This document shows, piece after piece, positions 48,357 to 60,414 of a stretch of 64,000 nt of DNA. The stretch is from Candidatus Dormiibacterota bacterium (lineage in GTDB: Bacteria; Chloroflexota; Dormibacteria; Aeolococcales; Aeolococcaceae): the NCBI GenBank assembly GCA_963718525.1, contig OY970355.1, positions 1,312,001 to 1,376,000 of the forward strand, written 5' to 3'. The position numbers and the translations under genes were made by a program. The notes beneath the pieces were generated by a model. That model was not told where the DNA came from. It worked only from the letters and a program-made list of their open reading frames with translations, and did not search any database. The first letter of the stretch is position 1. Every line of letters begins with the position of its first letter.

Positions 48357-49088
48357 GTGACCGATGAGATCCCCGGGTTTCCGGAGCACTTCCCTGTCCG
48401 CGACGACGGCGTCAGAAGCTGGCGCTACCGGGCCGTCTCCCTGATCTGCAGGGCATCTCTGCGCGGGTTCTTCGGGCGAGGGCTCCAGCTCGATTCGATG
48501 TCGAAATTTCCCTCCGAGGGTCCGCTGCTGGTTGTCTGCAACCACCTGAGCAACATCGACCCGTGGATCTTCGGGGGTTTCGGCCCAGGCGTCCTCTACT
48601 GCATGTCAAAGCGCGAGCTGTTCAAGAACCCGTTCATCGCGTGGGTCCTCGCGGGATGCAACTGCTTCCCCATCGATCGAGGGACCGCCGATCGCCGAGC
48701 GCTGCGAACGGCGCTCGACATCCTCTCTCGCCGTGGACGCCTGCTCATCTTCCTCGAGGGCACCCGCTCGTCCATCCCGGGTATGCGGAGGGCGGAAGCC
48801 GGCGTCGGTTTCCTCGCGCGGCGATCCGGCGCGTCCATCCTCCCGGTGGGCGTCTGGGGCACCGAGGCTGCGCTCCCTCGAGGCCACAAGCTCCCGAGGC
48901 GGGTGCCGATCCGGCTGAAGCTGGGTCCGGTTTTCCAGCTCCCGGAACGCGTCCCGGGGGAGCGGCGCGACGACCAGGCGGTCGCGGACTTGATCGGAGC
49001 GCGCATCGCGGAGCTGCTCCCACCTGCCTACCGCGGCGTCTACGCGTCCCTCGGCGAGGGCGAGAAAGCCGAACGTCAGGCCGGGTAG
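48357..49088 (+). CDS. plsC: 1-acyl-sn-glycerol-3-phosphate acyltransferase family
   Basis: NHLSNID (NHxxxxD), FPIDRG, FLEGTRS and ILPVG. Confidence 0.88.
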   Translation: MTDEIPGFPEHFPVRDDGVRSWRYRAVSLICRASLRGFFGRGLQLDSMSKFPSEGPLLVVCNHLSNIDPWIFGGFGPGVLYCMSKRELFKNPFIAWVLAGCNCFPIDRGTADRRALRTALDILSRRGRLLIFLEGTRSSIPGMRRAEAGVGFLARRSGASILPVGVWGTEAALPRGHKLPRRVPIRLKLGPVFQLPERVPGERRDDQAVADLIGARIAELLPPAYRGVYASLGEGEKAERQAG

Positions 49089-49101
49089 CGGCCCGCGAGC
49101 G

Positions 49102-50322
49102 TCAGCGAGCCCTGCGGCTCGGGGATTTGGCGTGGGTCGCCTTCGCGTGTGCGGCCGAGGGCCGCTTGGCGGCAGCCGACCGCAAGGCCTGTGCCTTGCT
49201 GGCGGACGCCTTGGCTGGACCTTTGGCCACCGGCTTCCTGGTAGCGGGCGCCTTGGCCTTCGCGGCCGGCTTGACCACTGTCCTGCTCTTCGCCTTCGGT
49301 GCCGGGGCGGCAGATCGAGCCGAGGTCCTGGCGCCGGAGGTTGCTTTTGCGACCGGCTTTGGTTTGGCGGTGCCCGGGGGCTTCACCTTGGCAGCGCTCT
49401 TCTTCGGAGTGCTCTTGGCCTTGACCGCCGGTTTGGCCTTGACACTGGGCTTGGGCCTGGCCGCCGGCGTCGATTTGACGGGCGCCGGCCTGGCGGCCGT
49501 GGTCTTCGCCACCGTCTGCGCCCTGGCCGCAGAAGCAGTCTTGGCAGGGGGTTTGCTCTTCACGGGTTGAGCAGACCTGTCCGGCGCCGGCTTCCGCGAT
49601 GGTGTGGCCACCGCCGGCTTGCGAGCAATCGAGCGCTCGGGTGGTGAGGGGGCTTTGACCTCGGGACGGGACTCCGTGCGTTTCGAGGCCGGGGCGGCGG
49701 CCCTGGTTGGCGCGGGCGCTGCAGGCGCGGGCGCCACCGGCTCGGCCTCAGCCGAAGGCGAAGCCGATGAGCCGTTGGCTGGGGGACGCGGGCCGCGATC
49801 ACCGACGCGGACGGGTTCGACCATGAGCTGCGTCAGCTCAGCGTGGCGCTCGGGGGTCTCCGACGTCTCGAGGCACGTGAAGGCGACGACCTCCTTGGTC
49901 TCCGAGTGCCTGTCGAAGCGAACGATCGCCGTCTGACTCAACACCGTCTCGACGATTCCGGTGGAGCCCACCGGGTAGTCGCCGATCGAGGCGCCGGTGC
50001 GGGGCCGCGTGTTCGAGGTGAGGATCACATGCTCGCCGACGCCAAAGGGTGGCGGGGGCTCTTCGCGTGCTCCCGGCGGCCTTCCGGGAGTCGGCGAGGG
50101 GCGTGGTACCGCGGCGACGACGACAGGTGCCGCGACCGCGACAACCTCCTCCTCCTCGTCGTCGTCATCATCATCGTCATCGACCTCGACAACCACGCCG
50201 ATCTCGATCTCGATCTCGTCGAAGTCGTCCAGCTCGACGGCGTCACCCTCGGCCTCAACGACGGGGGTCTCCGGCTCTTCCTGGTCGGCGTCGACAGTGG
50301 GGTCAGGTGGTTCTTGGGGCAT
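49102..50322 (-). CDS. hypothetical protein: acidic N-terminus, small beta domain, histone-H1-like K/A/P tail
   Basis: D/E-rich N-terminus (DDDDDDDEEEE) and a C-terminal region of about 170 aa with PAKK/KPAVK/KAKA repeats. Confidence 0.75.
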   Translation of the reverse strand: MPQEPPDPTVDADQEEPETPVVEAEGDAVELDDFDEIEIEIGVVVEVDDDDDDDDEEEEVVAVAAPVVVAAVPRPSPTPGRPPGAREEPPPPFGVGEHVILTSNTRPRTGASIGDYPVGSTGIVETVLSQTAIVRFDRHSETKEVVAFTCLETSETPERHAELTQLMVEPVRVGDRGPRPPANGSSASPSAEAEPVAPAPAAPAPTRAAAPASKRTESRPEVKAPSPPERSIARKPAVATPSRKPAPDRSAQPVKSKPPAKTASAARAQTVAKTTAARPAPVKSTPAARPKPSVKAKPAVKAKSTPKKSAAKVKPPGTAKPKPVAKATSGARTSARSAAPAPKAKSRTVVKPAAKAKAPATRKPVAKGPAKASASKAQALRSAAAKRPSAAHAKATHAKSPSRRAR

Positions 50323-50361
50323 TCAGGCTCATATGTGACGGATGGGTAGACTGACGTGCAG

Positions 50362-51894
50362 ATGATCGCGCGATCCACGGCGATCCCGCTGTCGCACCAT
50401 ACCCAACAGCGGCTCCTTGAAATCCTTCCGGGCGCGCTCACATGGTTCGCACTGCTCGTTCCGGTGGTTGCCGCATTCGCGATCAGGCTCAATGACCCCG
50501 GGATGCTCTGGATCCTGGGCGCGGGTGCCGTTCTGCTCGATAGCTACTGGCTGGTGAGGACGACGGTGACGGTTCGAGGTGTCCGCAAGACGCTGAAGGC
50601 TCTCAAGGAAACTGAGGTCATCGACTGGTGGCAGCGCTGCCAGGAGCTCGAGGCGAATCTCCCCGAAGGAGCGCCGGCGCCGTCAGAGATTGTGCAGTGC
50701 GCGCTCATTCCAACCTACACCGAGTCGTACGACGTGCTTCGCGCGACGGTCGCGGCGCTCGCGGCGCAGAACTATCCGGAACATCTCCGGGTGTGCGCGA
50801 TCATCACCCGCGAGACCGACTCGGGCGGCATCGAGAACGTGGCCAGGCTGCGTGAGGAGTTCGCCGGATCGTTTCGCCTGTTCCTGCACATCAAGGATCC
50901 GCTGCTCCCCGGCATCGTCGTCGGCAAATCGGCGGCGATGGCGTACGGCGGTCCCGTGCTCAAAGCCGCGTGCGACGAGCTTGGTCTCGATCCCTCGCGC
51001 ACGATGGTGACCGACCTCGATTCCGATTTTCGTTTGCACCCGCAGTATTTCGCATACATCGCGCTGCAGTTCTGCACCGCCACGGACCGCCTCGTCTCGA
51101 TTTGGCAGCCGGTGCCGGTGTTCCTCAACAACATCTGGCGTGTGCCCACCGCCGTGCGCGTGATGGCCACAGCCGCGACCCAATGGCAGATGTTCCTGCA
51201 CCAGAACCCGCATCGCCTGGTGATGTTCTCGTCGTACTCGATGTCGCTCGACCTGCTCGCCGATGTCGGCTACTGGGACTCCGATGTGATTCCCGAGGAC
51301 TCGCGATTCTTCTGGAAGGCGTTCTTCCACACCCGCGGCACACTCAACACCCGTCCCGCATTCCTGCCGGTGTTTGGTGATGCGCCGCGCGCCCGGGGCT
51401 ACGCGGCAACCCACGCATCGCAGTACAACCAGATCAAGCGGTGGGCGTGGGGAGCGACCGATATCCCTTACGTCACCTCACGAATGCTGCTGCACCCGGA
51501 GATCCCGTGGCGCATTCGCGCACGGCGGTATTCGAACCTCATCTTCAACCATCTGACCTGGGCGACGCTGCCGCTGCTGCTGTTCTTCGGGGGCGCACTG
51601 CCGGCGTTCATCGACCTCGACTACAGCCTGTCGTCGACCTCGGCCCTGCTCGGCAGTCTCAGCGCAAGCATTCTCACGATCACGCTGCTGAACACGCTGC
51701 TGCTGGTGCAGGTCGACTACAGGATCTGTCCAAAGCCAGCGTCGTGGCCATGGTGGCGCAGGCGGTGGGCAGAGTTGCAGCTCTTCACGTATCCGGTGGT
51801 CGGACTGGCGCTCAGCGTGATCCCGGCGCTCGAGGCACAGACGCGGCTGATGTTCGGGGCATACCTCGAATATCACGTCACCGAGAAGGAATGA
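50362..51894 (+). CDS. membrane-integrated processive GT2 glycosyltransferase
   Basis: IPTYTE, GKS, DLDSD (DxD), PED and QIKRW (QxxRW), with flanking TM helices. Confidence 0.8.
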   Translation: MIARSTAIPLSHHTQQRLLEILPGALTWFALLVPVVAAFAIRLNDPGMLWILGAGAVLLDSYWLVRTTVTVRGVRKTLKALKETEVIDWWQRCQELEANLPEGAPAPSEIVQCALIPTYTESYDVLRATVAALAAQNYPEHLRVCAIITRETDSGGIENVARLREEFAGSFRLFLHIKDPLLPGIVVGKSAAMAYGGPVLKAACDELGLDPSRTMVTDLDSDFRLHPQYFAYIALQFCTATDRLVSIWQPVPVFLNNIWRVPTAVRVMATAATQWQMFLHQNPHRLVMFSSYSMSLDLLADVGYWDSDVIPEDSRFFWKAFFHTRGTLNTRPAFLPVFGDAPRARGYAATHASQYNQIKRWAWGATDIPYVTSRMLLHPEIPWRIRARRYSNLIFNHLTWATLPLLLFFGGALPAFIDLDYSLSSTSALLGSLSASILTITLLNTLLLVQVDYRICPKPASWPWWRRRWAELQLFTYPVVGLALSVIPALEAQTRLMFGAYLEYHVTEKE

Positions 51895-51906
51895 GCCGCC
51901 GGCGTG

Positions 51907-53025
51907 TCAGCGCTGGAGCACCGCCCGATACGTCTGGTACGTGAGCTCGGCAGCCCGCCGCCACGTGAAGGTCGCGGACCACGCCAGCCCCTGTGCCTGC
52001 ATCCGCGCACGCAGGGCGGTGTCGTCGAGCACGCCATTGATCGCAGCCGCCATGGCATTCGCGTCACCGTCGGGCACCACTGTCGCGGCCCCGCCGCTCA
52101 CCTCGGGAAGTGACGAGTTGTCGAAGACCACCGCGGGGGTGCCACAGGCCATCGCCTCGAGCGGAGGCAATCCGAACCCCTCATAGGCGGACGTGAAAAC
52201 GAACACCTCCGCGGCCGTGTAGAGGGCGACGAGGTCGTCGTCGCTGACGTGGCCGATCACGCGAGCGTGTTCGGCGAGGCCTGCGGCGGAGAGCGTCTCG
52301 GTCACCTTCGCCGTGAAGGTGCCCTGATCGCCGACGATGACGATGGCGACGTCATGATCTCGGCGAACACGGCTGACCACATCGGCAAGCAGCGCGATGC
52401 GCTTGCGCGGATCGAAGGTGCCGACGGCCAGCAGAAATGGACGGCTCAGGCGCAGCCTGCTGCGAATCCGCTGCACCGCCTCAGGGTGGGCCGGCCGGAA
52501 TGCCGGCGAGATCCCCTCCGGGATCACGGAGATCCGATCGGGATGCGTCGCCGTGAATCGGAGCACGTCACGCCGGGTGGCGTCCGAGACGGCGATCACG
52601 GCATCGGCGCGCCGGAGGAGGCGCAACCCGAGGATCCGCGCTCGCCGGACCCATGGGTAGCCGCGCGGCATCACGAACGGGATCAGGTCGTGGACCGTGA
52701 CCACGACCGGGAGGCGGCTGCGCAGCGGCTGTCCGAACTCGATCGCGTGGTAGAGGTCGGCCCTGGAGCCGCGCAGCGCGTCTGCGATCAGGAGGGTGTC
52801 GGCGATCGGCTGGAGCGTCGGGTGGACGACTCGGATGCGGCGTGCGGACGGCGTGACCAGCCTGGTGACTTCGGAAGGAGGCTCCAGATGCGTCGAGAGC
52901 AGCAGGCTGACCTGAGGTGGCTCCGCGAGCTCGCCCAAACCGGCGATCAGCCCACGCTCGTAGCTGCCGATCCCTCGCACCGACGACGCCCCCTGGAGCG
53001 GGCGGCCGTCCATGACGACCCTCAT
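51907..53025 (-). CDS. GT4 family glycosyltransferase
   Basis: RGIGSY, VTVHDLIP, AVS, PRK and EGFGLPPLEAMACG. Confidence 0.92.
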   Translation of the reverse strand: MRVVMDGRPLQGASSVRGIGSYERGLIAGLGELAEPPQVSLLLSTHLEPPSEVTRLVTPSARRIRVVHPTLQPIADTLLIADALRGSRADLYHAIEFGQPLRSRLPVVVTVHDLIPFVMPRGYPWVRRARILGLRLLRRADAVIAVSDATRRDVLRFTATHPDRISVIPEGISPAFRPAHPEAVQRIRSRLRLSRPFLLAVGTFDPRKRIALLADVVSRVRRDHDVAIVIVGDQGTFTAKVTETLSAAGLAEHARVIGHVSDDDLVALYTAAEVFVFTSAYEGFGLPPLEAMACGTPAVVFDNSSLPEVSGGAATVVPDGDANAMAAAINGVLDDTALRARMQAQGLAWSATFTWRRAAELTYQTYRAVLQR

Positions 53026-53083
53026 CGCGGGCAACTCAGAGGGCAGGGCACGGGCTGAGAGTCTGTCGGATAGACTGGCGACG

Positions 53084-54922
<1,839 letters not shown>

Positions 54923-54924
54923 GC

Positions 54925-56232
54925 ATGGCTGCGAACATCCCCTACCGACCCGAGATCACGGTGCTCGACAACGGCGTCAGCCTGCTCAATGCACCGTCGA
55001 GCAGCAGGAACTCCGGCGTTTTCCTGATCGTGCGTGCCGGGTCGCGTGACGAGACGGCGGAAACGTCGGGGCTCGCGCACTACCTCGAGCACATGTTCTT
55101 CAAGGGCACCGAGCGCAGGCCGACGACGAAGATCATCTCGCGAGAGATCGATCGCCTTGGCGCCAACACCAACGCGTACACGGACACCGAAGAGGTGGCC
55201 TACTTCGCGGAAGGCCCGGCCACGGCGATGCACGAGCTCGCGGACGTCATCTGCGACATGCTGAGCCGGCCGCTCTTCGCTGCCGAGGAGGTCGAGCGCG
55301 AGCGCAACGTCGTGCTCCAGGAACTCTCGATGCGGCTGTCGGATCCGGACGGCTGGATCTGGGATCGCCTCGGAACCGTCGCCTTCGGCGGCAACCAGCC
55401 GATGTCGTGGTCCGCCGCCGGGTTTCCCGCCGTCATCCAAAAGGCGACGCGCGAGCAGCTGACGGAATACCACCGCGCGTTCTACGCGCCGAAGTCGATG
55501 TGCCTGGTCATCGCCGGCGGCGCGGCCCTGACCGAGGACGAGGCGCTCAACCTGCTGTCCGACATCCCGCGTGGGAAGCCTCGGCCACGCAAGAAGGCCA
55601 AGTGGGGCCTTGGTGACCGCTACACGGCGAACGTGCGCCCCGTGACCCAGCAGGAGGAGCCGCAGGTGCACATGGTGTTCGCGGTTCCCGGGATACGGGC
55701 GGCCGATCCGCGCCGCACCCAGCTGTCGGTCATGACCCACGTTCTCGGGGGCGGGATGTCGTCGCGCTTGTTCCAGACTGTCCGCGAGCGCAACGGCCTC
55801 GCCTACAGCATCTACGCACACCACGCCGGCTTCGACGACACCGGGCTGTTCGCGATCGCCACGGCAACTCGCCCCAAGGATGCTCGCAAAGCCACCACGC
55901 TCACGTTCAAGGAATTCCGCAAGATCGCGTCGAAGCGTGTCGCCGCCGACGAGCTCTCCGCCGCGAAGTCGGCGATGATCGGTCGCCTGCTGCGTTCAAC
56001 GGAAACAGCGATCGCGAGCGCGCGTTTCTACGGGAGTCGCTGGCGCGCCGGACTTCCGCTCGAGACCCCGGATGAACGCGCCGAGGCGATCCTCCAGGTG
56101 ACTGCCCCTCAGGTGCAGTCGATCGCGGAGGAGATCGCCGAGGGCATCCCGGACGTGCGCATGGCGCTGGTGGGGCCGACGGATCAAGGACCGGAACTTT
56201 TGGAGGCCATCGAATCGACGGCCTCGGGCTGA
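54925..56232 (+). CDS. M16 family zinc peptidase (M16B)
   Basis: GSRDE, inverted zinc motif HYLEH, NAYT, ERNVVLQE and GGGMSSRLFQ.VRE..GLAY. Confidence 0.9.
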   Translation: MAANIPYRPEITVLDNGVSLLNAPSSSRNSGVFLIVRAGSRDETAETSGLAHYLEHMFFKGTERRPTTKIISREIDRLGANTNAYTDTEEVAYFAEGPATAMHELADVICDMLSRPLFAAEEVERERNVVLQELSMRLSDPDGWIWDRLGTVAFGGNQPMSWSAAGFPAVIQKATREQLTEYHRAFYAPKSMCLVIAGGAALTEDEALNLLSDIPRGKPRPRKKAKWGLGDRYTANVRPVTQQEEPQVHMVFAVPGIRAADPRRTQLSVMTHVLGGGMSSRLFQTVRERNGLAYSIYAHHAGFDDTGLFAIATATRPKDARKATTLTFKEFRKIASKRVAADELSAAKSAMIGRLLRSTETAIASARFYGSRWRAGLPLETPDERAEAILQVTAPQVQSIAEEIAEGIPDVRMALVGPTDQGPELLEAIESTASG

Positions 56233-56244
56233 CGCCGAGCCTCG

Positions 56245-57366
56245 CTACGCGAGAATCGCGCGCTCGAGGCTGAGGGCCACGCGCTCCAGGTCGCGCGCGC
56301 TCAGCCCCGGATGCACCGGAAGTGAGAGGCAGCGCGACGCGACGTCGCGCGCGATCGGTGTGTCGCCACGCTGCACGTTGGGGTGGTCGCGGTAGGCATC
56401 GTGGTCCCAGACCAGGCCTGGATAGTACACACCGGTATCGATCCCGTCGGACGACATCGACGTGACCACGTGGTCGCGATCGATCCCGGACTCAAGCAGG
56501 ATGGTGTACTGATGCCAGACATGGGTCCGGCCGGAGGGCTCGCGGGGAACGGTGATGGCCGGATTGTCCACCAGCAGTGACGTCAGCGCCGAGGCGTTGG
56601 CCCTGCGTGCGCTGACGATTGCATCGAGCCGCTCCATCTGGGGAATTGCGACCGCGGCCGCCAGGTCGGTCATCCGCCAGTTCTGGCCGATCATGGCATA
56701 ATCATAGCGGGACCGCATCCCCTGGTTGCGCAGGATCCGGAGGCGCTCCGCAAGCATCGGGTCGTCAGTGGTCACGCACCCACCCTCGCCGCTGGTCACG
56801 TTCTTGGTGGCATAGAAGGAGAAACAGCCGATGCCGAAGCCGCCGGCACGCCGGCCGCCGGCGGCGGCGCCGTGCGCCTGTGCCGCGTCCTCGACCACCC
56901 CGAGGCCATGTGCCGCGGCGAGCGACATGAGCCGAGGCATGTCCGCGGGGAGTCCGTAAAGATGTACGGGGACGATCGCCGCCGTGGCGGGTCCGATCAA
57001 CGCCGCAACCGAATCGGGGTCGATGGTGAAGTCGTCGCCGATGTCGGCGAAACGCACCGACGCACCGCTGCGCAGGATCGCGTTGATCGTGGCCGCGAAG
57101 GTGAACGGGGAGGTGATCACCTCCTGCCCGGGGCCGATCTCCAGAACTGCGAGTGCCGCGTCGAGCGCGACCGTCCCATTGGCCACAGCAACGGCGTGCG
57201 TGGTCCCGGCCATGGTCGTGCACAGCGCTTCGAACCGCGCGACCATCGGTCCCTGGGCAAGGTGGCCGCTGCGCAGGACTGAGAGGACGAGGTTCTCGAC
57301 CTCTGGGCCGAGCCGCGGGGCCGAGATCCGGATGCGCGCCTCCGGCGGCGCCTGGGTCACGGTCAC
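56245..57366 (-). CDS. DegT/DnrJ/EryC1/StrS sugar aminotransferase
   Basis: NGT.AL, PFTF.AT, PVHLYG, EDAAQAHG, SFYATKN (PLP Lys), GEGG and LSLP.HP. Confidence 0.92.
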   Translation of the reverse strand: MTVTQAPPEARIRISAPRLGPEVENLVLSVLRSGHLAQGPMVARFEALCTTMAGTTHAVAVANGTVALDAALAVLEIGPGQEVITSPFTFAATINAILRSGASVRFADIGDDFTIDPDSVAALIGPATAAIVPVHLYGLPADMPRLMSLAAAHGLGVVEDAAQAHGAAAGGRRAGGFGIGCFSFYATKNVTSGEGGCVTTDDPMLAERLRILRNQGMRSRYDYAMIGQNWRMTDLAAAVAIPQMERLDAIVSARRANASALTSLLVDNPAITVPREPSGRTHVWHQYTILLESGIDRDHVVTSMSSDGIDTGVYYPGLVWDHDAYRDHPNVQRGDTPIARDVASRCLSLPVHPGLSARDLERVALSLERAILA

Positions 57367-58109
57367 GCTGCCGTCACCTCGCCGGCGTGGCGGATCGGCC
57401 GCTGCTCCTCCGCGAGCCGCCGGCGCAGGGCGATGAGCCCCGCGGCCATGGCGATCGAATCGCGGAGGGGGGAGACGGTGGATCGTCCGGAGGCCATGTA
57501 GACCACGGGCACCTCCACGGGCGTCACCCCCGCGTGAACCGCCCACAGATTGATCTCGGCACCGATAAGGAAGTCGCCGGCACGCAGCCGCGGCAGCAGT
57601 GCCTGGGCAAGCAGCCGGTCGATGAGCACCGACCCCTGGGTGTCGATCGCGAGGCCGACGAGCCCGGCTCGCAGCAGGCCGAAGCCGGCCGACATGGCGC
57701 GCCGCACCATCGCGGTCTCGATCTGCGATTCAGGATGCGTCTTCGATCCCATCACCAGTTGGGGCCGCGGGCTGAGGCCGAGGAAGCCGTCGAGGTCGGT
57801 GAAGCCAAAGGGCAGATCGGCCGCGGTGAGCACAACCGTGTCGGTACGAGCCAGGGCGATGCCCCGGCGCCAGGCAAATCCGAGGCCCTTGGCCGATGTG
57901 GTGACACGAACGCCAACCTCATTGCCGGCGAACGAGGTTGCGAGCGTGAGGCAGAGCGGGCCCGACCCGTCGGAGGACCCGTTCTCGACGAGGATGATCT
58001 CCGACCCGGGGAGGTGAGCGAGGCGCTCGACCAGCAGTCGCACCGTCTTGCGCAGCTCGGCGATCTGGTTGTGGACAGGGATGACGTAGCTGACGCTCGG
58101 CTCGCTCAT
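57363..58109 (-). CDS. GT2 polyprenol-phosphate glycosyltransferase-like protein
   Basis: VIPVHN, VENGSSDGS, KGLG.A, AADL, GSK, DTQG and EVPV (DPM1/ALG5-like layout). Confidence 0.75.
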   Translation of the reverse strand: MSEPSVSYVIPVHNQIAELRKTVRLLVERLAHLPGSEIILVENGSSDGSGPLCLTLATSFAGNEVGVRVTTSAKGLGFAWRRGIALARTDTVVLTAADLPFGFTDLDGFLGLSPRPQLVMGSKTHPESQIETAMVRRAMSAGFGLLRAGLVGLAIDTQGSVLIDRLLAQALLPRLRAGDFLIGAEINLWAVHAGVTPVEVPVVYMASGRSTVSPLRDSIAMAAGLIALRRRLAEEQRPIRHAGEVTAA

Positions 58110-59065
58110 GCGCACTCCTCGATGGCCGCTGCAACCTCGTGTGGGGGAAGAATCGATCTGCGTTCCGCGCAGGCATCGGCCCGCCCCGAGATCAGGTCGA
58201 GAAAGTGGGCGAACTGCAGCGCCAGCGGCTCGCCCGTGTGCCGCACGAACGGGATGTCGACCACCGTCTCGGCGCGGTAGCCGGCCGCCTGGCCCGCACC
58301 GACTCCCTGCGCATGGGCGCGATGGCGGTAGACGGTCAGGTCCTGGCGGAGGAGGTCGACGTCGTACAGCGCCGTCGACGTGGCCACCAGCTGGGAGCGC
58401 ACCTTGCGCTGGCTCGCGCGGCTCGCTGAAAGAGTCGCGATCGCGCCCCCGGGGAATTGGAGGAGGCAATCGGCGACCTCCATGATCGGGTCGCGACCCG
58501 CCGTGCTGGTCGCACCGCACAAGCGAGACGGTCGTGCCCCGGCCATGTAGCAGAGGGCAAGGTCGATCTCATGGATCAGGAGGTCGTGGACGACGCTCAG
58601 GGTGCTTCGGGGCGTTTCCGGTGAGTGGCGCAGCCCGACGATGTGCACCGGCTCTTCGTGCAGCAGGCTGCGCATCGTGGCGACCACAGGGTTGAACCGT
58701 TCGACGAACCCGCACATCAGCGGCACTCCGAGGCGCTCGGCGCACGCCACCAGCGCGCGGCTGGCCTCGAGGCTCGGGGTCACCGGCTTCTCGACCAGGA
58801 TCGGCTTGCGCAGCTCGAGCAGCGCTCGCGCCGCGCCCTCGTGGAACGCGGTCGGGGTCGCGATGACGGCGGCGTCGCACCCGGCAGCCGCATCGAGATC
58901 CTCGGCAAAGTCGCAGCCAAGCCGTTCGGCCAGCGGTCGCACCCGTTCGGGATCCGTGTCGATGATCACCGCGAGGTCGGCGCCGTCGGACTCCGCGATG
59001 ATTCGCGCGTGATTGGCCCCCATCGCCCCGGCTCCGACCAGCGCAATCCGAGCGCGTGCACCCAT
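58106..59065 (-). CDS. Gfo/Idh/MocA family oxidoreductase (sugar 3-dehydrogenase-like)
   Basis: VGAGAMG, ATPT..H, LVEKP, GFVERFNP and DLLIHEID. Confidence 0.88.
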   Translation of the reverse strand: MGARARIALVGAGAMGANHARIIAESDGADLAVIIDTDPERVRPLAERLGCDFAEDLDAAAGCDAAVIATPTAFHEGAARALLELRKPILVEKPVTPSLEASRALVACAERLGVPLMCGFVERFNPVVATMRSLLHEEPVHIVGLRHSPETPRSTLSVVHDLLIHEIDLALCYMAGARPSRLCGATSTAGRDPIMEVADCLLQFPGGAIATLSASRASQRKVRSQLVATSTALYDVDLLRQDLTVYRHRAHAQGVGAGQAAGYRAETVVDIPFVRHTGEPLALQFAHFLDLISGRADACAERRSILPPHEVAAAIEECA

Positions 59066-59075
59066 GGGCGCAGTC

Positions 59076-60389
59076 TCAGCCCGGCGGGCCTCCCAGATCG
59101 AAGATTTGCAGGTCCGTTTCGATAGCGCCGCGCTCCCGCAACAGCGGGACGAGCAGGGCGGCCATCACCGCCGCCGAAGCGATCGCCCCGCACAGCAGTC
59201 CCAACTCGACACGAAGGAAGAGTGACGACCCGACCGCGGTGACGACGAAGAACACGATCGCGCCGGCCGTCCATCCCAGCGCGACCCGCCGGTACCCGGA
59301 GAGCGAGATCAGGACGTAGCCGAAGATCTGCGTGAAGATGAACCCGATGCAGCTCGCGGAGAGCAGCGCGAAGTCGAGGTTGCTCAATTCGAATCCATGG
59401 CCGAAGAGGATCCGGGTCACGCTCGGCCCGAGGAACGTGAAGCCGGCGATGGCGACCGCACCCAGACCGGCCATGAGGAGCAGGAGGCGGGTGAGCAGCG
59501 CCTGAAACTCGTCGTGGCGTCCGCCCGTGGCGAGCGTGGAGAGCTTGGGGAGCAGCGCTGACTGGACCGCCTGGAAGAGAAATATCGGGACGTAGGCGAC
59601 AATGCGGCTCAGCTGGAAGCGCCCGGCGGCGGTCTGCTGCGCCGGCGTTGCAAGCAGCTGCACGGCGACGGCGCCGACGCTGAGGAGCAGCTGGGTGAAC
59701 ACCGAGGCGATCAGGAGGAACCCGAGCGCATGGGTGATCTCCCCCCACGGGGCCGGAGGTCCGGGACGCAGCAATCCGCGCCTGCCGATGGTCGCCAGCG
59801 CAATCGCTGCGAACGACGCGACGATGAGCGAGATCCCGTACGGCCCCGCGGTCTTGACGCCGACGATCGCGAGAATCGCGGCGAACGCCACCCGCAGCGC
59901 CCCTTCACCGCCGAGCAGGATTCCGTAGGCACCGAAGCGCGCATTCCCCGCCAGGGCGCCGCGAGCGAGGAACTCGCACAGGTACGCGGCGAACCCGCCG
60001 ATCAGGCCGGCGAGCAGGGCAGCGTCGCCCTTGAAGACATGCTGGTCGATCGGGTTCGCCGCCGCCAGGGTGGCGACGATCAACACGACGGCGAGGATGC
60101 TTCCGAGCAGCGCGGCGCGCATGAACACCGGGCGCCCGCCCTCGTTGCGCACGCGTCGGGCGGCGATCGCCCGTCCGGTCTCCTGCTCGAGAGGAAGGAA
60201 GAACCCAGGACCGCAGACGAAGAGCAGCGCCCAGAAAACCGACAGCGGCGCGAATCGAGCGGTGCCGAGGGCGCGGGCTGCGACCACGAGGAAGCCGTAC
60301 TGCATGACACCGGCGAGCCCGAGGCCGATGGCGACCGGGATCGTCCCCACCGGCAGCGGCAGCGCGCGCACCCGTTCGAGAACCTTCAT
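59076..60389 (-). CDS. MOP-superfamily (Wzx-like) flippase / polysaccharide export membrane protein
   Basis: About 12 TM helices, with ARALG, PLEQE..R and LLPKLS. First gene of the sugar operon. Confidence 0.7.
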   Translation of the reverse strand: MKVLERVRALPLPVGTIPVAIGLGLAGVMQYGFLVVAARALGTARFAPLSVFWALLFVCGPGFFLPLEQETGRAIAARRVRNEGGRPVFMRAALLGSILAVVLIVATLAAANPIDQHVFKGDAALLAGLIGGFAAYLCEFLARGALAGNARFGAYGILLGGEGALRVAFAAILAIVGVKTAGPYGISLIVASFAAIALATIGRRGLLRPGPPAPWGEITHALGFLLIASVFTQLLLSVGAVAVQLLATPAQQTAAGRFQLSRIVAYVPIFLFQAVQSALLPKLSTLATGGRHDEFQALLTRLLLLMAGLGAVAIAGFTFLGPSVTRILFGHGFELSNLDFALLSASCIGFIFTQIFGYVLISLSGYRRVALGWTAGAIVFFVVTAVGSSLFLRVELGLLCGAIASAAVMAALLVPLLRERGAIETDLQIFDLGGPPG

Positions 60390-60414
60390 GACCAGGCCGG
60401 AGGAGGGGAGGCCC

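Noticed and set aside
49132-49647. Plus-strand Gly/Arg/Leu-rich ORFs opposite the histone-like tail
   Set aside because: They are antisense translations of the K/A/P repeat codons. The minus-strand ORF is the coherent one.
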